Shown here in pieces: positions 10,501 through 16,238 of a stretch of DNA of 16,238 nt (position 1 is the stretch's first letter; each line of letters opens with the position of its first letter). The stretch is from Promethearchaeota archaeon (GTDB lineage Archaea; Asgardarchaeota; Heimdallarchaeia; Hodarchaeales; Hodarchaeaceae), in the NCBI GenBank assembly GCA_048938105.1, contig JBHLMN010000037.1, positions 1 to 16,238 of the forward strand. Direction: 5' to 3'. The notes below the pieces were generated by a model. The model saw only the letters and a program-made list of their open reading frames with translations, had not been told where the DNA came from and searched no databases. A program made the position numbers and the translations under genes.

Positions 10501-11302
10501 TGTCAACAAATTCCCTCTGTTCCCTTTCAACTTCAGAGAATTGATATCCAAGGACAAAATACATAAGACCACAGCCATAGTAGATTATTCCGAGAATTCT
10601 AGGGTCTTCACAGTTTGCTAAAATCCTTAAAGTTTCATTATGCTTTAAAAGGAGTTTCTCAATTTCTTTTCTCCATCGTTCATCCCCTCTAAAAGGCTTA
10701 ATACACCATTCAAAACCCAAAAGCCACCCATCAGCAAATAGTGATTCAGCAAGAGACTGAATATTTCCTGTCTCCTTTGAAAGCTTCCAAGCTTTGTCTG
10801 AAAAATCTCTACCTTCGTGAGAATACTTCTCAATCTCCTCTTGGGTGCTACAATAAGTTACTCTGTACAAAGAAGCCATTCCTATTCGACTCATAATTCT
10901 TGCAATACTCTCTTGATTCTCCTCCTTGGAATAGAGCTCACTAGATTCTATGAAAAGTTTACAAGATTTACCAAACGCCTCTTTTGATTTCATAATCGAA
11001 TTCATAATAAACCCGCTTATGTATAACGCTTCAGCTTCACATTCCAATTTCTCAGAGTTATTTCCAGTCTGCTCAAAGAAATCTGCAGCTTTTTTGTAAG
11101 CTTTGATAGCTTGTTTGTTTTTTGTTACATATTCCTCTGCATGTTTCATTGTCCTCGCTGCCTGCGCATAAGCATATCCCTGCTTCTTACAAGTCACAGC
11201 AGCTTTTTTCATCATTTTTTTATTTAAATAAGACCGTAATGCTTGTTTGTACAGTTTTACAGCCTTCACCCAGTTATAATCCTTCTCCTCATCCCCAGCC
11301 AT
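7508..11302 (-). CDS. Large TPR/alpha-solenoid protein with C-terminal carbon-nitrogen hydrolase (nitrilase) domain
   Basis: About 930 aa of Ala/Tyr/Lys/Glu-rich helical repeats, then RVAIAQ...FPEL (Glu), QEKHIP (Lys), VICRDF (Cys) triad. Start uncertain: ATG 11302 or GTG 11314. Confidence 0.85.
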   Translation of the reverse strand: MAGDEEKDYNWVKAVKLYKQALRSYLNKKMMKKAAVTCKKQGYAYAQAARTMKHAEEYVTKNKQAIKAYKKAADFFEQTGNNSEKLECEAEALYISGFIMNSIMKSKEAFGKSCKLFIESSELYSKEENQESIARIMSRIGMASLYRVTYCSTQEEIEKYSHEGRDFSDKAWKLSKETGNIQSLAESLFADGWLLGFEWCIKPFRGDERWRKEIEKLLLKHNETLRILANCEDPRILGIIYYGCGLMYFVLGYQFSEVEREQREFVDKGIQSLEKALAFIRKTKDKSLIIELIFYISWAISISGRLNYFLKRVTDDLDEIVKLGKIFSGLYSIWSFYSNYYPAFTHMYFAQRSVFTPAQRKSYAEKAIEYAKECLKIFSFLPFSVWIHQALTWSYSQLATIATTKDERDEYSKKMLQYAKQAENIAEKYEGGWSRTHGSSSLYRAYKTLADIANNKEERIKMLSMAIDAAKKYVTYSIESRTGIIAAQMRVGLLYEELGITTEETKSLMNARETFQNVVKECHERGYHSHAAAAHEYIAHLDDRLGNHIVSAEHYERAQEAYTESLKNIEYEPLKDRVKEKIEYTQAWSLIQRAKAYHKKENHLKAKKTYNKGCEILEELPSYKYEAPYYISWALQEEAEQLSKNERHEKAIERYETTRKSFFNAIKTLKKASKQSTDKRERIRLDNLEKVANVRILYCSARATIERARILEKQGKLLAAAEKFGSAASQFREVFTLIKTKQERGELEAGYYLCRAWESMDLAEQYEDPDRFAEAATQFSKASKLFTDSKLKLLASGNSAFCQALEYGYKFDESSEIQNKAQLYPKIKMILRKAASSYQKGGFESGAEWALATSTYFDAVWHLIQTDTEIRLDKKQKLLGIVSRYLKSAAELFNKAGYSSKEIEVLERLDMVQKEEKILVSALNTIKEPSISKSTIGIVTPTSPIETSLSPDYREVQQFTEEVRRAAEEKLLKKKYELVYRDLLKEFPRIQRRECRVAIAQIGVSKTGDILSDLYDEKTPGFFGIQKDKIEIVRSKVKNMIEIAFSKGVNILLFPELTIDLNYNQLLEDISNLAKAYDMYIIPGSFHDQNTKRNISLVINTNGILWEQEKHIPASLHYKGKRFKEGIDVGTVPQKTIVCNTEFGRIAIVICRDFLDMDLRVELKNFEPPVDLIFNPAFTPVTADFKAAHFDARRSIYAYCFFANIAEYGDSLIYTPEKERIERTIPKKEESIIYKDVDLFKLRSERKKWEKYQEKNKPYIQSTK

Positions 11303-11722
11303 TTTTAACAACACTCGTTCTCTTTCATTTTTATTATTTTGCGTTTTTATCTCCCTACTATGAAATTTTTAAGAGAACTTACAAATAATTAGGTAATCTC
11401 TCTTTAATCAACTATATATATTCTCCTCATGAGTTTAAATATCTTTCAGACCATTTCTAATCTAAATATCAGTGAATTGTCATATTTTGTTTTATTTTGA
11501 TTATATTTTTTGATTTTGATTCTCTTTATTCTTGATAAGTACATTTAATGCCATTTTTTCATCAAATTGTGTTGATAGAAACTCCTACTCCAAAGAAAAT
11601 GAAATCATTAATTTCTTGATCACTATCTTTAATACAGAATGTTTACTGTTTCTTCAAATCTCCATTTCATATCAAAAACATGGTTGTGGAACATTATTAG
11701 AATTTCTTTAATTCTTTTGTTA

Positions 11723-11754
11723 AAAATTAAAGAATAGTTCTGAAGAAACGTTGG
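11723..11754 (+). repeat. 32-bp direct repeat, copy 1 (module right end, type d)
   Basis: AAAATTAAAGAATAGTTCTGAAGAAACGTTGG is 31/32 identical to 13616-13647; identity stops right after CGTTGG. Confidence 0.93.
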
Positions 11755-11765
11755 TCAAATACATT
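11738..11765 (+). repeat. dif/Xer-like site J4: TTCTGAAGAAA-CGTTGG-TCAAATACATT
   Basis: Left arm shared with J5, right arm shared with J3. Confidence 0.65.
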
Positions 11766-12016
11766 TAGGTTATTACAGAAAAAAAATCTTTGAATTTAAT
11801 TATAAAAATAAAGAAAAGCTTAATACAATTATTTGTGTAAATGCGTTCTTTCATAATTTATCTGAACAAGAAGCTTTAAAATGAAGGTCGTTGACCTTTT
11901 TGGTATATTTGATATGTGGGGAGGGACAACTGAAACTGACGAGACACAGGGAATAGGGAGTATTTGGTAGGGGTCTTCTCATCAGTCTTTCTCTCAGTTA
12001 CTATCTCTTGATGGGC

Positions 12017-12024
12017 TTTATATA
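12017..12024 (+). promoter_or_regulatory. Archaeal TATA box TTTATATA
   Basis: Matches the TTTAWATA consensus, about 37 bp upstream of ATG 12061. Confidence 0.45.
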
Positions 12025-12060
12025 CTTGTTAAGAAAAAAGGTTAAACTACTAAAATAAGG

Positions 12061-12285
12061 ATGATCTTTGTAAGTGAAATTATCATCGGATTTTTTTATC
12101 TTAAAGAAGAATTCTGGAATAAATTCTTAATAGAACTCAAAAAGAAACAAGAAAGATGGAATAATGAAGTCTTAGAGAAAGAAGTATTGGTAATATTAGA
12201 TCCTTATTTTATAAAGAATAAAAATGTAATAGAAGGTCATATACTTTCCCATAAATGTAATTCAGATAAGCATTTAATGCCCTAA
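12061..12285 (+). CDS. Small hypothetical protein or gene fragment (74 aa)
   Basis: ATG start downstream of a TATA box; protein-like K/E-rich composition; no recognised family. Confidence 0.35.
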   Translation: MIFVSEIIIGFFYLKEEFWNKFLIELKKKQERWNNEVLEKEVLVILDPYFIKNKNVIEGHILSHKCNSDKHLMP

Positions 12286-12353
12286 CCTAAATTCTTATTT
12301 AAATTCAGTTTATCATTTCACTGGGAATTTATATGAATAAACGTTTTAGTAAA

Positions 12354-12515
12354 ATGAAAAAAGTTATTCTGTTTGTGATTATAGTAACAACATCATTTCT
12401 ACTTTCAGGTTGTACAACTCCAGAAAAGGATACCTATATCTTCCCTTTTACTTCTCCAGAAGAACAGGAAAGAAAATTTGAAATAAAAGAGGAATTTTGG
12501 AAGGATAATTTATGA
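12354..12515 (+). CDS. Small putative lipoprotein, possibly truncated
   Basis: MKKVILFVIIVTTSFLLSG-C: basic n-region, hydrophobic h-region, lipobox LSGC. Stop overlaps the next start (ATGA). Alternative start at 12333. Confidence 0.55.
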   Translation: MKKVILFVIIVTTSFLLSGCTTPEKDTYIFPFTSPEEQERKFEIKEEFWKDNL

Positions 12516-13453
12516 AGTTTGGAGTTTATATTAGAGCAGGAACAACTTATTCAGGTATGTTGGAGTTAGCAAAACAGGCTGAAAAATTAGACTATTTTGG
12601 AGTTTTTTTAAATGATCACGTTCATGGGTTTGCTAATAAGGGTAAGGAACCTTATCTTGAAGCTTGGACAGCAATGACCGGGATAGGTGTCCAAACAAAG
12701 AAAATCCGTTTGGGACATAGCGTATTATTCAACTCATTAAGGAATCCTGCCTTTCTTGCAAAATCAATAGCAACATTAGATCAAATGACAAATGGACGAT
12801 ATGAATTGTTAATAGGAGCAGGATGGAATAAACCAGAATATGAAGGATATGATCTAATGGAAAAAGGACGTGGAATGCCTTCAGCGAAAGAACGGGTTGA
12901 TCGTTTTGAAGAAGCACTGCAAATTTTACGAGGAATGTTACACAATGAAACTTTTTCTTATGAAGGTAAGTATTGGAAATTAAATAATGCAATTAATATT
13001 CCTCAACCAATCCAAAATCCATTTAGAATATCAGTTGGAGCAGATAAGCCACGAATGATAAAAATTACTGCAAAATATGCTGATGGTTTCAATATTCCAA
13101 GAAATTTAAAATTACTAAAAGAAAAAATTGAATTATTAGAACCAGAATTAGAAAAAAACAATAAACGATTGAGTGATTTCTTCATTTCTGGTTTCTCGGC
13201 TATTCACATTGCAAAAAATAATGAAGAATATGACATGATAATTAAAGCCCTGGTAACGAAAGGAAAAAAGCCTAAAGAGGAACTTAAGCAGTATGGATTT
13301 ATTGGAACTCCAGAAATTCTTGTTAATAAGCTTAGACAAGCAACAGACTTAGGAGTAAAAATGATGGTTTCAGATCTGAGACCTATGAATAATGTTTCTG
13401 AAATGAAGGATAAATTAGTTTCATTTAAGGATGAAGTTATTTCAAATTTGTAA
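12512..13453 (+). CDS. LLM-class (luciferase-like) oxidoreductase, probably F420-dependent
   Basis: MKFGV...AEKLDYFGVFLNDH, EAWTAMTGIGVQTKKIRLG, RNPAFLAKSIATLDQMTNGRYELLIGAGW, PQPIQ, AKYADGFN, IGTPE. Confidence 0.93.
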   Translation: MKFGVYIRAGTTYSGMLELAKQAEKLDYFGVFLNDHVHGFANKGKEPYLEAWTAMTGIGVQTKKIRLGHSVLFNSLRNPAFLAKSIATLDQMTNGRYELLIGAGWNKPEYEGYDLMEKGRGMPSAKERVDRFEEALQILRGMLHNETFSYEGKYWKLNNAINIPQPIQNPFRISVGADKPRMIKITAKYADGFNIPRNLKLLKEKIELLEPELEKNNKRLSDFFISGFSAIHIAKNNEEYDMIIKALVTKGKKPKEELKQYGFIGTPEILVNKLRQATDLGVKMMVSDLRPMNNVSEMKDKLVSFKDEVISNL

Positions 13454-13615
13454 AGAAGGTTATATATGTAATTTCTTTTATTTAAATACTATACTAGGTC
13501 TAAACTTCAATCCAGAGGAGAATTTGTTGTCCAGTCTTCGTTCAGCACACCACTATTTTCATACATTGGTGATTCTTTCAACCATATATGTTTCTATGTA
13601 TGTTGTCTTTGAACC

Positions 13616-13647
13616 AAAATTAAAGAACAGTTCTGAAGAAACGTTGG
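13616..13647 (+). repeat. 32-bp direct repeat, copy 2 (type d)
   Basis: 31/32 identical to 11723-11754. Confidence 0.93.
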
Positions 13648-13658
13648 ATACTAGACAA
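13631..13658 (+). repeat. dif/Xer-like site J5: TTCTGAAGAAA-CGTTGG-ATACTAGACAA
   Basis: Exact AACGTTGG core; left arm identical to J4. Confidence 0.6.
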
Positions 13659-13669
13659 TTCTTACGGAA

Positions 13670-13749
13670 AATGTCATATAACAAAGATTAAACGACATTC
13701 AGACTATATAAAGAAAATATAAAGATTTTCGTGAGCATAACGTTTGTTA
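13670..13749 (+). repeat. 80-bp direct repeat, copy 2 (type b)
   Basis: 75/80 identical to 5729-5808. Confidence 0.95.
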
Positions 13750-13757
13750 GTGGAACA
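13730..13757 (+). repeat. dif/Xer-like site J6: CGTGAGCATAA-CGTTTG-TTAGTGGAACA
   Basis: Left arm identical to J2; spacer has one mismatch. Confidence 0.6.
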
Positions 13758-13813
13758 AATGTTGTATATTAGGAAAAGTATATATCATAAAATTCAAATT
13801 ATATAAGAAATAT
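13756..13813 (+). repeat. Degenerate direct repeat, copy 1 (module left end, type e)
   Basis: CAAATGTTG...ATATATCATAAAATTCAAAT...AAGAAATAT versus 14567-14621; central block 19/20 identical. Confidence 0.75.
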
Positions 13814-13863
13814 ACGTTCATCCTTTCTAAATAGTCAGCTAAATTGTTTTGGAGGCAAAATAA

Positions 13864-14337
13864 GTGAATAGGGGCGAAGAATTCCAAGTAGGTGATCCAC
13901 GCTCCCTTACTCTTCTCAAACTGATATGGGGAATTTGGACTGTACTGACTGGAATCATGGCTTTATTTATGATCATGTTCATTTTTATTGGGATTACTTA
14001 CTTACCAAGATTTCTTCACTCACCTACTAACGGAGGAGAGTCATACTTTGTATTTGGGGGATTAGTCGATGTAGGTTTATGGGTTCTTTTTGGGGGTAAT
14101 ATTTACATCACATTTGGATTAAATAGATTGCATTATTTTAGATGGAAACTTCTAATAATTGAATCAGGTCTAATAGGGATAGTGATGGGATTTGTGAGTT
14201 TAAATGTGATATTAGACATCAGAAATAATCTACAGAATCATCCGATGTCTATACTTGTAGCTCTAGTTGGGATAGGTTTTCCTCTGGTTTTATTATACCT
14301 AGCCTTTAATGTCCGAGATAAATTTAGTAAAACCTAG
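13864..14337 (+). CDS. Hypothetical 4-TM membrane protein
   Basis: GTG start preceded by GGAGG; four hydrophobic helices; no recognised family. Confidence 0.8.
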   Translation: MNRGEEFQVGDPRSLTLLKLIWGIWTVLTGIMALFMIMFIFIGITYLPRFLHSPTNGGESYFVFGGLVDVGLWVLFGGNIYITFGLNRLHYFRWKLLIIESGLIGIVMGFVSLNVILDIRNNLQNHPMSILVALVGIGFPLVLLYLAFNVRDKFSKT

Positions 14338-14559
14338 GTTTACCAACGAGATGAAGTGTAGGTTAAGTATTTCTCTTGTCCCCAGTTACCTTACGAGGTG
14401 TATGTATATACTGCGGTATATACACTCCGAGATGCTTTTAGGGCTGGGGAGGAGTTAGATTACCCTTTTGCAACAGGAGGAAAAATAGATATGGTATCCG
14501 CATTCTCTAGCTTAGTATTCAAGGCATTCAAAGAAATTATATACCAGAGTATAAAAAAA

Positions 14560-14621
14560 TGTTATTCAAATGTTGGTTAAAAAAAGGATATATGATAAAA
14601 TTCAAATAAAACAAGAAATAT
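14560..14621 (+). repeat. Site J7 (TGTTATTCAAA-TGTTGG-TTAAAAAAAGG) and degenerate repeat type e, copy 2
   Basis: Spacer is one mismatch from CGTTGG; downstream sequence repeats 13756-13813. Confidence 0.6.
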
Positions 14622-14873
14622 TAATGGTATATAACGCAAGTAGTACACGCGATCCTCATCTTATTTCTAAAATCTTAATTTTTGGGATTATTCAATATAA
14701 TATTTTCATAAGTCCATAGTTCAATATCGTATTAAAAAATAATTCAAATCTATAGCTATTTACAGTATTGGTTCCAAATTTTGTTCTATTTAAACAATCC
14801 ATCCTATTGAATCTTCGGAACCATTCATTAGATTCAGTGTTAACTTGCAAAACTGTTATATTTGCTTGATTAA

Positions 14874-16238
14874 TCACATTTTATTATTCTCATCCTTTGG
14901 CTGAGACTTCGATTTTCGACCTCTTAAACGAGGAGAAAGTCGTATTTTATTTATTCTTCCATAAGCTTGTTTCCAAAGTTTTTGAATCTGATGAAGTTCA
15001 GGTATTTTAGATATAATCTGTGGATCTTTTGAGAGAGCGTCAACAGTATCAGCCACAAGCAGTAATTCGACATCTTTAACTTCCCCTGTTACTTTCTCTC
15101 TCTCATGTTCTTCTGTGAGTGAGACTAATTGGCGTTTTTTTCGATTGAGGTCATTGAATTCCTCAATATAACGATTTTTCGTTCGTCTGTATGCTGCTTC
15201 GGAAATTTCTCCCTTTTCATAGGCATCTAAAAGCACGTTTAATGTTTCTTGTATTAAAATAATTTGGTACTCTATGTACTCGCCTCTCGACTCCTCCTGT
15301 GCAAGTAACGTTTGGTATCTTTCTTCCAACAGATAGAGTTCCTCTTTTAAGGGAAAACTTAATCGTCGAAAATCACTTGATCGAATAATTTTTTCGGTAC
15401 GATCTTTAATTAGTTTTTCAAGCTCTGCTTCAATGGCTAGTTTTTGGGCTTTAATTTCCTCCAATTCGCTTAGCTCCTCCACAACTTCGGTTTTAGTAGA
15501 AAGTGGTCTGATAATTAATCCTTGAAGTGTTCCTGTGAGTAAGATCACAATAAGTGAAGAATAGAGGAGGAGTTCTGCAAGTGGATGGTTTAATGGCTCT
15601 AAGTTGACGTATGCGAATAATGCCAAAATTGCAGTGGTTAAACCCTTAAATCCAGCGATTCCAACAAATAACCGTTCTTTATTGGAGAAAAATTCTGCTG
15701 TTTTCTTCTGAAGCTCCAGAGGTAAGGTTACTACAAAGACAGCTATAATCCTACTGATAATTACAATCAAACTTATGAGTATAGCAATGAAAAAATAGCT
15801 AGGAAGAATGTCAATACTTAAAAGAACACCAATAAAAATAAAAGCAACAATTTCAAATAGAAACGTGATATCATCCCAGAAATCATACAAATGAGTGCGA
15901 GAAAAAAACGTTTCAAAACCAATAAAACTAGGATTACGAATAATTATCCCACTAACAATAGCTGCAATTGCAGAGGAGATTTGGAGTGGTTCTGAAAGAA
16001 CAAATATCAAGAAAACTGCACTCAGTGTTATAAAGGAGATTTCACTTTTTTTCTCTACAATACTTATAAATCGAACAGCTCCCCAGCCGATAAGGATGCC
16101 AATTAAGATTCCACCGATGATTGCCCAGATACCAAGGATGATAAGGTTGAAAGAAAACTGAACCTGCCCTTTTCCCTCAATTAATTGAGGAACAAAAATT
16201 ATTACGACAAGAAGAATCGCAATTACATCATTAAAAGC
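14874..16238 (-). CDS. Cation:proton antiporter, CPA1/NhaP type, with long helical C-terminal domain (5' end beyond window)
   Basis: Frame is open from 16238: AFNDVIAILLV... (ND motif of ESxxND), later IAGFKGLTTAILAL and LTGTLQGLIIRPL. The track start at 16010 is not the true start. Confidence 0.9.
   Translation of the reverse strand, partial: AFNDVIAILLVVIIFVPQLIEGKGQVQFSFNLIILGIWAIIGGILIGILIGWGAVRFISIVEKKSEISFITLSAVFLIFVLSEPLQISSAIAAIVSGIIIRNPSFIGFETFFSRTHLYDFWDDITFLFEIVAFIFIGVLLSIDILPSYFFIAILISLIVIISRIIAVFVVTLPLELQKKTAEFFSNKERLFVGIAGFKGLTTAILALFAYVNLEPLNHPLAELLLYSSLIVILLTGTLQGLIIRPLSTKTEVVEELSELEEIKAQKLAIEAELEKLIKDRTEKIIRSSDFRRLSFPLKEELYLLEERYQTLLAQEESRGEYIEYQIILIQETLNVLLDAYEKGEISEAAYRRTKNRYIEEFNDLNRKKRQLVSLTEEHEREKVTGEVKDVELLLVADTVDALSKDPQIISKIPELHQIQKLWKQAYGRINKIRLSPRLRGRKSKSQPKDENNKM

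Larger units (their letters stand above)
1274..14651 (+). mobile_element. Putative recombinase-built cassette array / accessory island delimited by dif-like CGTTGG sites
   Basis: Seven or more co-oriented sites separate unrelated genes; arms recur in shuffled combinations; no recombinase gene in the window. Confidence 0.55.

Noticed and set aside
11928-11999. Hammerhead ribozyme or box C/D sRNA (CTGATGA/CTGA motifs)
   Set aside because: No GAAA after a stem II, and no correctly spaced C and D boxes.
3795-13691. Short ORFs inside or overlapping long genes (3795, 6535, 6808, 6937, 7746, 9901, 10645, 11122, 12729, 13003, 13148, 13431)
   Set aside because: Shadow frames of well-supported CDSs; 13431-13691 also runs across site J5 and its repeats.
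14341-14460. attC reading TACCAAC...GTTAGAT after the 4-TM gene
   Set aside because: The internal stem is strongly off-centre (about 30 nt from one end, 3 nt from the other), so R and L boxes cannot pair canonically.
1274-14651. CRISPR array or IS/transposon
   Set aside because: Repeats are kilobases apart with irregular spacing; no cas or transposase ORF, terminal inverted repeats or target-site duplications seen.
14398-16161. ORFs 14398-14580, 14692-14877, 15895-16161
   Set aside because: The first overlaps the hairpin and site J7. The second has a GTGA overlap with the antiporter stop but no recognisable features, so it is unresolved. The third is antisense to the antiporter.

Overview
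AT-rich window, most likely archaeal and plausibly Asgard/Heimdallarchaeia-like. This is an inference from a TrmB regulator, an F420-type LLM enzyme, an ICMT-family methyltransferase and TTTATATA boxes. The left flank holds a partial ABC ATPase divergent from a TrmB-family regulator, and the right flank a partial CPA1/NhaP antiporter. Between them (~1274-14651) lie unrelated accessory genes: ICMT, an ABC-2 exporter, a YCF48/BNR propeller, a giant TPR-nitrilase fusion, an LLM oxidoreductase and a 4-TM protein. Main observation: these genes are partitioned by directly oriented sites that fit a dif/Xer-like 11-6-11 layout with a conserved CGTTGG spacer (five exact AACGTTGG copies, all intergenic, plus near-variants). 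Left and right arms recur in shuffled combinations, and repeat homology breaks at or near the spacer. This suggests an integron-like cassette array built by a tyrosine recombinase. No recombinase gene is in the window, so the mechanism is inferred.
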